Source: Felis catus
Taxonomy: Eukaryota
Length of the DNA: 64,000 nucleotides
Direction of reading: 5' to 3'
NCBI RefSeq assembly: GCF_018350175.1
Contig: NC_058368.1
Location: 1,798,001 to 1,862,000, forward strand
Positions 24,949 through 36,725 of the stretch are shown here, piece after piece (position 1 is the first letter of the stretch; the number at the start of each line of letters is the position of its first letter). The position numbers were made by a program, and so were the translations under genes. Under the pieces are notes generated by a model, which was not told where the DNA came from, did not search any database, and saw nothing but the letters and a program-made list of their open reading frames with translations.

Positions 24949-25327
24949 GAGCACATGTCCATCTAATATATTTAATTTAACAGAAAGTCTACACTTTGGC
25001 TAGCCACCTAACGTTTTGATAAGGGGGAAAGGCACTGAATGTGCATTTCATGGTGCCCATATCTGTTTGCACACATATGGAATTGAAAATCTTAGATCAC
25101 CATTCAAAATCTACAAGACACATATGACAGACTGTGGCTAACACCCAACAGCGGAAGCTGATTCAAAGGTGACCTCTCCTGTTTCACTGCATTACATATC
25201 AAACTTTCAGGCTCTCCAAGATCCAAAACGGCCAAAGAACTGAAGAACAGGACAAGACTCAAGTCAGCTTTTAGCAATTCAGTGCACTTTGCAGAAAGGA
25301 TCTAAATTAAGCATAAAGTTTTGTTGT

Positions 25328-25525
25328 TTATTTTACACAAAGGAGGCCACCAACATTTGCCATAAACTCTTCTAAACTCTTTAGGAAGGCCATCTTCTGC
25401 TTCCGGTCCAGCGTCGGAGGAGTGCTGCTTGCGGTGAGCTTGTTGAAGGCATCTGCTAATCTCTGGTAAATAACCGGGTCTTGCTGACTTGACAGTAATG
25501 TTTCAACCAACTCGGAATATTCAGC
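25328..25525 (-). CDS. XPO4: Exportin-4 last coding exon (exon 23 by human numbering)
   Basis: AEYSELVETLLSSQQDPVIYQRLADAFNKLTASSTPPTLDRKQKMAFLKSLEEFMANVGGLLCVK*; acceptor TAG| at 25526-25527; 198 nt, phase 0. Confidence 0.97.
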   Translation of the reverse strand, partial: AEYSELVETLLSSQQDPVIYQRLADAFNKLTASSTPPTLDRKQKMAFLKSLEEFMANVGGLLCVK

Positions 25526-25751
25526 CTATTGAAGAGACAAAGTGTATACGTAAGAACATTTAGCTTCCTCAAATGTCACACAAGTAGATGATATCAGGTA
25601 CTACCTTGTGGGATTTCTGAAAGGCAGGGTCTGACAACGGCTCTTCTTCTTTTGCATTAAAGTGCAATTGTCATATAATATTCTATTAGTTTTGGGTGTA
25701 CGACACAATCATCCCACATCTAAATACACTGTGAAATGATCACAATAGCTC

Positions 25752-26219
25752 TTTTTTTTTAATTAAAAAAATATTTCTTTATGTTTATTCATTTTTGTTA
25801 AATTTTTTTTTAACGTTTATTTATTTTTGAGACAGAGACAGAACACGAATGGGGGAGGGGCAGAGAGAGAGGAGGACACAGAATCGGAAGCAGGCTCCAG
25901 GCTCTGAGCCATCAGCCCAGAGCCCGACGCGGGGCTCGAACTCACGGACCGTGAGATCGTGACCTGAGCTGAAGTCGGACGCTTAGCCGACTGAGCCACC
26001 CAGGCGCCCCTGTTTATTCATTTTTGAAAGACAGAGAGAGACAGAGCACAAGCAGGGGTGGGGCAGAGAGAGACGGGGCGGGGGACACAGAATCTGAAGC
26101 AGGCTCCAGGCTCCGAGCTGTCAGCACAAAGCCCGACGCGGGGCTCGAACTCACGAACCGCAAGATCATGACCTGAGCCGAAGTTGGATGCTCAACCAAC
26201 TGAGCCACCCAGGCGCCCC
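25752..26219 (-). mobile_element. Nested CAN-SINEs: younger copy (25798-26010) inside the tail of an older copy
   Basis: Inner TSD TGTTTATTCATTTTTG; outer TSD CACAATAGCTCTTTTT. Confidence 0.95.
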
Positions 26220-26417
26220 CACAATAGCTCTTTTTACTGATTAATATTCACTGAAAGTTCACTCTACTGTAAAAGTACTGTTCCAGCCTTTTACATTAGT
26301 AACTCACTTTTTATAACAATCCTATGAACAGCAGTACAAAAAGTACTGTTATTCTCCTGATTCACAGATGGAAGTACGTACACATAGTGAAATTAACATG
26401 TCTAAGATCACACTTGC

Positions 26418-26622
26418 TTTTTTTTAATCTTTATTTATTTACTTTGAGAAAATAAGCATGTCAGGGAGGGGCAGAGAGACAGAGAGGGAGAGAGAGAATC
26501 CCAAACAAGCCCCACACTCAGGGCAGAGCCCGACACGGGGCTTGATCCCATGACTGTGAGATTATGACCTGAGCCAAAATCAAGACTGAGACACATAACC
26601 AACTGAGCCACCCAGGCAGCCC
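26418..26622 (-). mobile_element. CAN-SINE inserted in a MIR remnant (~26270-26690)
   Basis: TSD AAGATCACACT; flanks show MIR-core-like CACAGATGGAAG. Confidence 0.88.
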
Positions 26623-28565
26623 AAGATCACACTGCTTTTAAGCAAGAATCCAGGCTGCTTGGCTCCTGAAGCCATGTGATTACCAAGTTTGTTGTCTCCT
26701 CTCTATTTTTCAACCACATTATTCATATTTATTTTGCATTTTATGCATAGTCTAAGTCTGCAACCTGACTCTCAAGCATTTCCCAGGGCTTTCTATAGGC
26801 ACCCTGTCCACACAGCTCTGAGGACAGCAGACCCGTACAAGGCAGACAGGAGCTGTCTGGGAGGGGGTGACACAAGGGGAGGGGTATATTTCAGTCCTTT
26901 CTCAAGGTGAAGGTGCAGACGTACCTCCAAACCAGTACTGGACTCAGTGGCTCTGGGAGAAAGGGCAGGAAAAGGAACCTAATAAATATAGGAACATGGG
27001 GGGGGGGGAGAGATATGTAGTGCTTCTACTTTTAATGCCCCTTATAATAAAGCCTTATACAGAAGAGAGAGTGTGGGGTTAAGGAACATTCAACCAAAAC
27101 AGCTTTCTAAGATAAGCTCTCTTAAAAAACAAACGAACAAACAACAAAAACTGGTCTGACACTATTTTTCATTAGCTTCTTGGGATATCATAATGGACCA
27201 AAGGGTGAAATGAAATATTAATTGCATTTGGAAAAGAAGAGTAAGGCACTGGACGCAATCCCTGACCCACAACACAAGCCGGGAACCAGGGTGGCCACCC
27301 TAAATGCCCTATCCAAGAGACATACCTACTCACAGAAGAGTAAGTATAAACTCCAAATCATTTCCCTATTCAAAAGACATGGTGGTCCCTCTGGAACCAG
27401 ACCAGCAGATCTCATGCTAGCCAAACCTAACGCCTTGCTCCCTTTTTTACAATGTGTGAATATGTTGTTGTTGTTGTTTAAAGGCATCTGGAATGCAATG
27501 GCTTATACATATGGGGACAAGACATCTATCTTCCAAGCAAGCAACAAGGAAGTAAAATGACACAGAAAGCCCACAGACCTGAGATGGGCACCATGTGCAG
27601 AGAGGACAGCAAGAACTCAAGCCCCAGAGTACCTTCAGCTTGGAGCGTAGATGGTATAGGAAGTCTACACAAAGGGAATCTTTAAGTTGTATGAAAAGGC
27701 CTCAAAATCCTATCTTTCTTCAAAAAGGTAAATAAAATCAAGCCCTGAGTGCCACTCACAGCAAATGCAATGGACTCTATATACTTTAAGGGGAAAAAAA
27801 GGCAAAGCTTTTAACAAAAGTCAATTGCTTAGTCATGCTGGGATGTGTGCATGTGCTAGGGGGTGGGGAGACCAAAAATTGGGGAAAGGAGTGTTGGGAA
27901 ACTGGGGCAGCTGATGATCTAATATGGTTCTTCTCATACACTTCACGGGCACCTACTCTACCAGAATAGGGAAGGGACAGGTGAGCTAGCGTTAACTTTT
28001 CTCCCATAACGTTAACCCCAAACAACGAGTGCGTGCTTCCGAGTCTTTAAAGGCTCAACAAAATAAATTGAAACAATACACTCCTTTCCGTAGTATAATA
28101 TGAAGCAACACACTTTCCCTACCATGACAGGAAATAATACACTGTTGATTTCCGCACTTTCTCAAGGCAGATCCTCTGGGTCCCCAGTCTTCTTCGTCTG
28201 GTCTCCCTTACAAAACTGTGAGTTCCTCAAGGACAGAAACTGTGCCTCTACTATTCTTTCATGTTAATTCTTGGTTCCAAGCACACTTGTTTACAAGGAC
28301 AAGCTTTAGGGCAGTGATCAATGCAAAGGATGATTCAGAACAGGGGAGAAGGGAAAGTAAGTGCTTATTCACTGACAAACAGCTTGTCAGAAGAGCTAAT
28401 GTGGAAATGAAGAAATACGCCCTCACTGAAAGCAATTGAAGCACTGAGTCACAGATTCTCTAAGAACTGGGAGTATCAAAGGCCCACTATCTGCACAAAC
28501 AATCTCCTTGCTGGAAAAAAAAAAAAAAAGGGAAGAGACCCAACGAAGAGACTTGTGCCCAGTAC

Positions 28566-28658
28566 CTGATGCAAGCACACCAACGTGTAGAAAGCTTCAC
28601 CGGCTGCAGTGGTCATCTCTGTGTTGTGCTTTTGCAAAACCAGCATATCAAAAACCAG
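28566..28658 (-). CDS. XPO4: Exportin-4 exon 22
   Basis: LVFDMLVLQKHNTEMTTAAGEAFYTLVCLHQ; 93 nt; CAG| acceptor, CAG|GTACTG donor. Confidence 0.96.
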
Positions 28659-29087
28659 CTGAAAGGACATAATACAAAACCTCTAAATAAAAATACATGA
28701 TGATCGTACAATCTCCCATCCTGTGTCTAATCCAAAAAAGACAAAGAGGGGTGGTAGTTGCTCTTATTTATTAAATAAATCTGAAAATGGAAGAAAACAG
28801 CTTTTTAAAGACCCAAGGATTTATAACAACAGAGGTTATTCCTTGCTGTGACATGTGCCATCATAAATGACCAGACTGTTACATTTGCCACGTCAGGTTT
28901 CAAGAACACACAAGCGGAGAATAAGGTGTCCAGGGAACTGGTCTCCAGAAAAGCACAATGAACAGAAAGTAATTCTTTCCTGCCCTCCGAATGACGTAAG
29001 CGTTGCCTCATTCGAATGAAGATTTGCAGGCACGAACTGTACTAAAGCAGACAGCTTCGCGACATGCCAGCCGAACATCTATCTTAC

Positions 29088-29205
29088 CTTTAGAAAGTGC
29101 CGTGTTGCTAGAAAAAGTGGTGAATCTGTTTCCTGTGCTTTTGCACACTGCTCAGCTAATGGCGTCAAAGCTTCCAGGCAAAGCTGGCAAACTTCCGAAC
29201 TCATT
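29088..29205 (-). CDS. XPO4: Exportin-4 exon 21
   Basis: (S)MSSEVCQLCLEALTPLAEQCAKAQETDSPLFLATRHFLK; 118 nt; preceded by U12-type branch site TTCCTTGAC and CAG|; donor AAG|GTAAGA. Not in the ORF track. Confidence 0.93.
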
Positions 29206-29751
29206 CTGATCATGAAGGTCAAGGAACAGACTAGGTGTATTTAACTTATAAAAGATTAAAAAATCATGGCTATTACCAAATTCTAGGAATGACCACAGTT
29301 AAGTGAGTACCCTAGTGTGCAATATGTCTTTCCAGGGTTGCGAGCTACACGACAAAAGGTTTCCAGTGTTTCGGAGAGGGTCTCGGACTGTAGATTTCTG
29401 ATGTGTTTCTGATCATGAGCACACAACTGATAAAAAGCCTTAGTATTCTCTACTACCGGGCAGCTGAGATCAGAGACTCAACAACAGTCGACGACATTAC
29501 TAATTGGGGCTCTTAATGAAAGAGTGACTTTCGGACCAGGCACCAAAAGCCTTTGGGATTGATCTGTGAACGGAGGACAAGATGAGGTGAACTAATAAGA
29601 GAAACACAGAATTAGGGCTGTTAGACGACAGCTTTCTTATGAAATAAAACTAAACACAAAGGAAAATTTAAAAATACAAGTTTTTAAAACTTTGGGAGAT
29701 TTTTTTTTCCCCCCAAGGGATAAATGATAATGATGTTCATTTAAAGGATAT
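29206..29751 (-). other. XPO4: XPO4 intron 20: U12-type (minor spliceosome) intron with AT-AG termini
   Basis: 5' end |ATATCCTTT (29751-29743); branch site TTCCTTGAC (29226-29218); 3' end CAG| with no polypyrimidine tract. These boundaries give TC|A = Ser and keep the frame between exons 20 and 21. Confidence 0.88.
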
Positions 29752-29882
29752 GATGTCATGCCTAGTTCTAGAGAGTACATCAGACTTTTAAAAAGATCTT
29801 CAGGAAGCTGTGGTATTTTTTCAGGAAAAATCTCACAGATAAATGTGATTAATTTGTAGTACTGATTACAAAGGGTTGGAAA
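29752..29882 (-). CDS. XPO4: Exportin-4 exon 20
   Basis: FPTLCNQYYKLITFICEIFPEKIPQLPEDLFKSLMYSLELGMT(S); 131 nt; TTTTTCAG| acceptor; ends at the U12 donor. Not in the ORF track. Confidence 0.93.
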
Positions 29883-31382
29883 CTGAAAAAGAAATATTAA
29901 ATATTTAGATGCTTAATGATATCTAATTTCTATTTTCATTAATGCAATAAAATAACCAATAAACTTGTAAATATAATTTCTCTAAAAGAATCAAGATGTA
30001 TAGAAAACATAAAGATCTAATTAAATATAAAAATGTTTCAATAAAGGAAATATTTTAGTAACATGAAAATAATGTACAGTAGAAGCAATTATCTTCTGGA
30101 CAGTTAATAACAGCTATCGCCAATTCCAGATAGTCTTGTTTACCTTGAAAAAGTAGACAAAGCAGCCAAATTTCAAACAATCAAATGACCTATAATTAAA
30201 ACCCTTTTGCAAATGTGTTTATTTGATTTCCAGCATGTTAGAAAAATACAAGAAGGTAATACAGATTAGGATTATGCATGAAATAGAGTATTCACTTCTT
30301 CACACTTCTAAAAGTTGGTTGGACAGTCCTGGAAAACTGAAGTAAAAAGTAGGCAATCTACAGTTTAGCAATTCTTAAGAAAATACACATCTAAATGTGT
30401 AATGGTTTATTTGATGAGAACCCCCCCCCACCCCTCACAACCAAACCAAAAAACCCTAAAAGAAAGCAATATACAGAGCTTAGGAAACTTCCCCATCCGA
30501 CTGGTGGCCACATGAACACTCAGCTCACGGGTCACCAATCATCTCCCAAAGACACTGCTCAAGGAGAGACACATGTGGTCCCCGCCTACTCTGTGGGAAT
30601 CTGACAGCACCTCCTACTCCTCAATGCGACTTCTAACCACTTCTCAACCGCTATTTTCTTCCTTCCCACGACCGACCTCTCTTTCCCTCTCCCACTCTAC
30701 CTCGTTCGTGTTCCACACACATGCGCACGCACACACCTCCCTCTTCCTTCCCAGCCATGTCTTTGTCCCCACCCTCACCCTCCGTGACAACTCACGAAAG
30801 AGACTCCCTTCTTCTGCGGTACCAAAGGAGGAAGAAAGGGCAGCCTCGTCACCACCCCACCCTCAATACTGACTGATGACCCCGAGACAGGACGTCGCCA
30901 GAATGCACACAAATTTAAAAACCGCTAGTCTTGGTTTCTTACCATCCCATTTCTACATGGGGTTGCTGGAAAACGCCTTCTGCTGCTCAATCCTTAAAAT
31001 CAGAGAATGACGTTCAAAAGCACGAGTGGAATACAAATACACCTAAACATATAACTTAATTTGCTCAATGACAAATGAGGGAATCAAAACTGCTAACATC
31101 AGAATTCAGTTTCTAAAAGAACCAGTTTTTTTTCTGTCGCTAATTATCAGTGAAGACAGGACTCTGGGGCAGGATTAAATGAGGGCACGAACCACGTACT
31201 GAGCTGCATGTGTGAGTATAAATGACACACAATGGGAACCAGAGCCTCTGATTTTCGTGTGTACTTAACAGACAAGCAGGTACTTATACCTCCTTAATTA
31301 AATCAGAGGTGTATTCTTGTCTACAACATCTTTGAACTCCGAGCAGACGGTTGGGGTTTTCACATTCACTGTCTTCAATTAC

Positions 31383-31501
31383 CTTCAAAAGATCTTGTGA
31401 CATCAGGGGCAGAATGAGGTTCACTCCATACAGAACAACATCAGCCGCGGACACAGACCTGTTTGCCGCCTGCCCTGGCTCATGTCCTCTGAACACCTCA
31501 T
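31383..31501 (-). CDS. XPO4: Exportin-4 exon 19
   Basis: (D)EVFRGHEPGQAANRSVSAADVVLYGVNLILPLMSQDLLK; 119 nt; CAG| acceptor, AAG|GTAATT donor. Confidence 0.96.
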
Positions 31502-32086
31502 CTGTTAAGACAAAAAGGTAGTCTTAGAATTGCAACATCAATAAACCTACAGAGTTACACGTATTCCCATCTTTGTGAGAAAGTAACAAAAGATGAAAAC
31601 CCCTAAGCCAAAATATATCTATGAGTGGACAGCTGATCAATCTGGCCCTGGGTCATCCCTTTGTATTTCATTTGTCAGGGTCTCTGATGCAGTATTCCGT
31701 GTTCACATTATTATTCTACAGTGATGGAAACTAACGCTTCATGTTTTAAAAAGTAGAATCGAATCTACTCACAAGGAAGTTATACTGTGAGTTAAATAAT
31801 TTCCACAGTAATATTTATTTTATCTATTAGGTGTGTGAAATTTTTCTATGCTGAAGAGGAATGGGGGGAAACAGAAATTAAAATGTTACAGAAGATGGTA
31901 GTTAACAAATAACTACCAATATTAAAAAGGCTTATTATCCTTAATCCATATAAAATGCATACAAATTAAGAATCCTCCTAAGACCTAAATAGGTAAATGA
32001 GGAAAATCCACAAACATCTATCAAACCCAAAGCCTAATGAAAAACAGTTCACTGCAATCATTAATGAAACAATGGAATTAAAAAAA

Positions 32087-32662
32087 AATTTTTTTTAACA
32101 TTTATTTATTATTGAGAGACAGAGGGAGACAGAGTATGAGCAGGGGAGGGGCAGAGAGAGGAGGAAACACAGAAACTGAAGCAGGCTCCAGGCTCTGAGC
32201 GGTCAGCACAGAGCCTGATGCAGGGCTCGAACTCACAAACCATGAGATCATGACCTGAGCCCAAGTCAGACACTTAACCAACTGAGCCACCCAGGTGCCC
32301 TGAAGCAATGAAAATTTTTAATGAATAGTTAAAAAAAATTTTTTTTTCAATGTTTATTTATTTTTGAGGGACAGAGACAGAGCGTGAGTGGGGGAAGGCA
32401 GAGAGAGTGACACACAGAATTAGAAACAGGCTCCAGGCTCTGAGCTATTAGCACAGAGCCCGAAGCGGGGCTCGAACTCACAAACCGTGAGATCACGACC
32501 TGAGCGGAAGTCAGAAGCTTAACTGACTGAGCCACCCAGACGCCCTTTTAATGAATACTTCTGACTCATTACATTAAAAATGACTTTTAAATGATAACAT
32601 TTAAACTTTTTAACGTTTATTTATTTTGAGAAAGAGGAGAGAGTGTGTGACTGTGCATGAGC

Positions 32663-32721
<59 letters not shown>

Positions 32722-32821
32722 CCCAAAAGCCGGCATGCGCTGGGAGTGGAAACCTATGTGGGGTCTGTCTCATAAAGGTGGGAGCCGGACGCTTAACTGA
32801 CTGAGCAACCGAGGCGACCCC
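32087..32821 (-). mobile_element. Three consecutive same-orientation CAN-SINEs (32087-32300, 32330-32545, 32600-32821)
   Basis: Three reverse heads; TSD-like TGAA.CAATG and TTTTAATGAATA; the third has a long (AG)n and a diverged body. Confidence 0.92.
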
Positions 32822-32911
32822 CCCCTTTATTTATTTACTTAGTTTTATCTTCCTTTGCTTTACAAAAAAGATAAGTAAAACAAAATTTAAAACCCTCACA
32901 CCTCACCTTAC

Positions 32912-33092
32912 CTGTATCGCTAAAATCTATGAATTCTTTTGACAGAAGGTTAGTGAGAAGTTCCATGATGAGAAGCAGGTCTTGGTACTGTTCTTCCTCT
33001 GCTGTAACATCTATTCTTTGCCGCCCCAAGTTATTCTTAGAATATACTTGCAGCAAAGTAAGGCAGGCTTCATACAGGTTCATAGCTTTGGA
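32912..33092 (-). CDS. XPO4: Exportin-4 exon 18
   Basis: SKAMNLYEACLTLLQVYSKNNLGRQRIDVTAEEEQYQDLLLIMELLTNLLSKEFIDFSDT; 181 nt; CAG| acceptor, CAG|GTAAGG donor. Confidence 0.96.
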
Positions 33093-34154
33093 CTGTAAGA
33101 GAACGTGCATAAATCATACTTAGTTGGGAAAAAATATCAACCCTAAAAGAAACTTGAAATTATAATCTAATAAATTTAGTCTGGATCCCAACAGTAGCTC
33201 AAACACTTGTTTGAAACTCTTATAAAACATTAAACTCTTATAACTCTTATAAAACAAAAAAATGAAACAGCATGCATTAAAGATTGCAGTTATGTTTTAA
33301 AAATTAGCAGTTTTCTAACAAAATTTGACATCCATTTTTTTTGTTCACTTGATAATACGTACTAGAGAGATAATAAGATTTTGGCAACAGAACTGTTTTA
33401 CTTCTGCTATTTACCTCTGTGTACACTATTTATTATTTTCAGATTTAAAACTGTTTAACTTGCAAAAGCAAAGTGTACCAAACCATGGTCTTAAATATCA
33501 GAATGGCAACGGCCTGCCCTCTCAGTCATGCATCTATGGCTACATTTGTAACATTTATAAAATAACCTTACTTTTGAGCAAGTGCCTTTGATCTAACAGC
33601 AACAACAACAAAGATTTACAACTCAGGAACCCACATGAAATGATTTAAAACAAGATTTATGCTAATCCACAGACAAATACAAATATATTCCTTTAGGGCA
33701 GTTTTAAAACAGCTTTCTAAATGATTTCTAAACAGGGTAAAAAGTGTACCTGTGGTTACTGATTATAAAAGAATTTAGCTTGTCTAAATTATCCATTTGA
33801 TTTATAAAGCAAAGATACAAACTGTCACTTAAAATTTTGAGCCTCAAGAGTTTCAACAGACAGAAATTGGTTAAATTTTTCTGTTTGTCTTATCAAACAC
33901 GCCTCATCTGAATGGTTTTGACTGAATAAAATACTATATCTCAAAGAAATTACTGGTTTTACCAACAGTTTTAGGTCAGAACTGACTTTCCTTCAATAAG
34001 CCTTCCCCTGGATTTTGAGTTCTTTTGAAAAGTTCTGAAGTCTTTTTGAAAACTCCTTTGGATAACATTCACAGAATTTAAAGGAAAGTGTCTGTTACTT
34101 TGTTATACTTTCAGGAGTTCTAATCCGAAAGAGGAAAAATTAGAAAGTGCTTAC

Positions 34155-34448
34155 CTCTCCAAGATAGCATATCTGTTTATGTGCAACTTCCACAAAAACT
34201 TCTATTATGAGATTGACGGTCTCTGGGGTATTTTTGTAAACTTCCATCAATCCAATGCAATTGGTAAGGAAGTCCATCAAAAAATTAAAAAGAATTGCTA
34301 CGTTGTCAATCTGGGTAGCCTCCGCAATGCCACACAGGGCCTCCAGCGTGGCCGTGATCTCCTGCTTGACTTCCTCCTGCTGGCACATCTGCTGAAAGTT
34401 TTCTTGATTTATCACTCTTAAGAATCGCTGCTGAAGTGGCTGAAGGAC
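34155..34448 (-). CDS. XPO4: Exportin-4 exon 17
   Basis: VLQPLQQRFLRVINQENFQQMCQQEEVKQEITATLEALCG...KQICYLGE; 294 nt; CAG| acceptor, GAG|GTAAGC donor. Confidence 0.97.
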
Positions 34449-34639
34449 CTGTCAAGTTAAAGCATCATTCTTCTAAAAGTTTAATTCCCACGATCCCTTT
34501 CTTTCAGCTTTACTCCCTCAACCTGGAGATGTCCCTTCTAAAACATTTCTGAAAGCACCGCAAACAATGATCGGAACTACAGGCTATGTTCCCCATCACG
34601 AGGGGACGCGTAACTTCTAACCTACAGAAAGAACGAACA

Positions 34640-35575
34640 CACAGTACACTGGTCCTTAGGGAAACGGAAATCAAAACCACAAGGCGACATCACCTCAGGT
34701 CTTTTAGAATGACCACCATCAAAAAGACGAGACAGAAAGGCTGGCAAGGATGTGGAGAAAAGGGGACCCCTGTGCACTGTTAGTGGAGGTTGTCAACTGG
34801 GGCAGCCGCTAAGGAAAACAGTGAGGAGGACCATCAAAAAATTAAAACAGAGTTACCATATGACCCAGTAATTCCACTGCTGGGAATATATCCAAAGGAA
34901 ACCAAGACAGCACTTAATCAGACGTCTGCACCCCCATGTTCACTGAAGCATTATTTGCAATGGCCGAGACATGAAAAAAACCTGAACGTCCATCCATGGA
35001 TGAATGGAAGGAGTTGTGATACATATGCAATCATACAGTTAGCCGTACAAAATGAGGAAATCCTACCATTTGTGACCACACGGATGAACCTTGAGGGTAC
35101 ACGTTAAGTAAGTCTGACAAAGAAAGACAAATACCATATGATCTTACTTAGATGAGGAATTTTAATACAATAAAATAATAAAATAACAAAACAAACAAAA
35201 AATCCCAACTCTCAGAAAAAGATCTGTAGTTGCTACGGTGGGGGTGGGGGGAGGTGGGAAAAGGGGGATTTGAACTTCCAGTTGTAAGATAAATTAAGTA
35301 CTGGGAGTGTCACGTATAACATGGTGACTATAGGTAAACACTGCTGTGTGACAGATAGGAAAATTGTTAAAAGAGTAGATCCTCAGAGTTCTCATCACAA
35401 GAAAAGAATTTTCTTTTGTTGTTTCTTTTCATTGTACTTATATGAGATCGTGGATGTTGACTGAAGTTCTTGCAGTAATCACTTCATAATATATGTAAGT
35501 CAAACCGCTATGCTGTACACGTTTTGAACTTGCGTAGTGATGCATGTCAATTACCCCATGAAAGTGGAAAAAGTA
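34640..35575 (+). mobile_element. L1 3' portion (end of ORF2 and 3'UTR), antisense to XPO4
   Basis: Translates ELPYDPVIPLLGIYPKE, the L1 ORF2 C-terminal motif, followed by an L1MA-like 3'UTR. Confidence 0.9.
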
Positions 35576-35789
35576 TTATTTATGGAAAAGCAAATCAGCA
35601 CATGCTATCACCTCACTTTCTAAAGTAATTTAGGTTCCAAAAACCACAAATCACGGAACATGACTTAGTCAATGCCATTCACAGAATTCTGTCACTATCA
35701 TCATCTCTTTCCAGTGGATTAACCTCCCCCCTCAAAAAGATGAAATTTAAGTCTCCAAAGGGTCAGAGAGTAAGTATCAACTTTGAAGA

Positions 35790-35950
35790 ATATGTCAACT
35801 CTGGCCCAACTATCCAATTACAATTTAGTACAGAAGCAGCCATAGATAAAATACAGACAATTGAACATGACTGTGTTTCCATAAAACTTTACTTAGAGAG
35901 AGAGACAGCAGGCCGATTTTGGTCCGTGGGCTCCAATTTGCCAAACACTG
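35790..35950 (-). mobile_element. MER58-like fragment
   Basis: GCAGCCATAGATAA...CTGTGTTTCCATAAAACTTTA...GGCCGATTTTGG...TTTGCCAA. Confidence 0.6.
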
Positions 35951-36294
35951 TTCTACATTCAGCTCTGGACTGTTTTTCTCCTTTCCAAATTTCTCTTGGC
36001 ATAGAGCATAACTTCAGAAAATCAGTCCTGTCCTGAGTGAACATGCATATTCATGAAGATATCTTAATTCTAAAGCTATACATATGATAATACAATTGTT
36101 TAAACTAGAAATATATGGTCAGCCTGGTTTTCTTTTGGTCTGAAGTCACAGATGACTGCCAAATTCTGTTACTGTGTCCCTTCTCAGACATTAAGAGCAC
36201 TCTAGTCACAAGGATTATAGGCCAGCCACCTATACTGATACCTCTTGGTTCCTGACTTAAAGCTAACTTACATAATGCAATGTGTTCACAGTGG

Positions 36295-36725
36295 TTATTG
36301 GTTGATTATGCATCCCCCCCCACCCCCGCAACTGATATGTTGAAGTCCAAATCTCTAGTACCTGAGAATGTGGCCTTATTTGGAAACAGGGTTGTTGCAC
36401 ACATAATTAAATTGAGTTAATTAGGGTGGGCCGCTAATCCAACGACTGGTATCTTTACACCGAAATGCACACATGGAGAATATCATGTGAAGATGAGATT
36501 ACGCTGATGCTTCTACAGCCTAAGAACACTAAAGCCTACCTGTCAACCACCAGCAATTTGGCAAGAAGCCTGGAACAGATTCTCCTTGATAGCCTTCAAA
36601 AGGAACCAACCTACCAACACCTAGACGTTGGATTCTGGTCTACACAACTCCAAGACAATACATTTCTGTTGTTTGCTCCACTAAGTTTGTGGCACTTTGT
36701 TACAGCAGCCTTAGCAAACTAATAA
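36295..36725 (+). mobile_element. MLT1 (MaLR) solo LTR
   Basis: GAATGTGGCCTTATTTGGAAACAGGG...TTAGGGTGGGCC...CTTTGTTACAGCAGCCTTAGCAAACTAATA. Confidence 0.85.

Larger units (their letters stand above)
18870..25327 (-). other. XPO4: Long 3'UTR of XPO4 (~6.4 kb)
   Basis: Runs from the TAA stop at 25328-25330 to the candidate PAS, with no CAN-SINE in an otherwise SINE-dense window. The 3' end is inferred. Confidence 0.7.

Noticed and set aside
29206..29226. Reading intron 20 as a standard AT-AC intron
   Set aside because: The only nearby AC is the branch-site AC itself, and no AC lies between it and exon 21; the in-frame end is CAG.
34790..35107. 105-aa ORF with L1 ORF2 motif as an active LINE
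   Set aside because: Short, frameshifted, 5'-truncated fossil.
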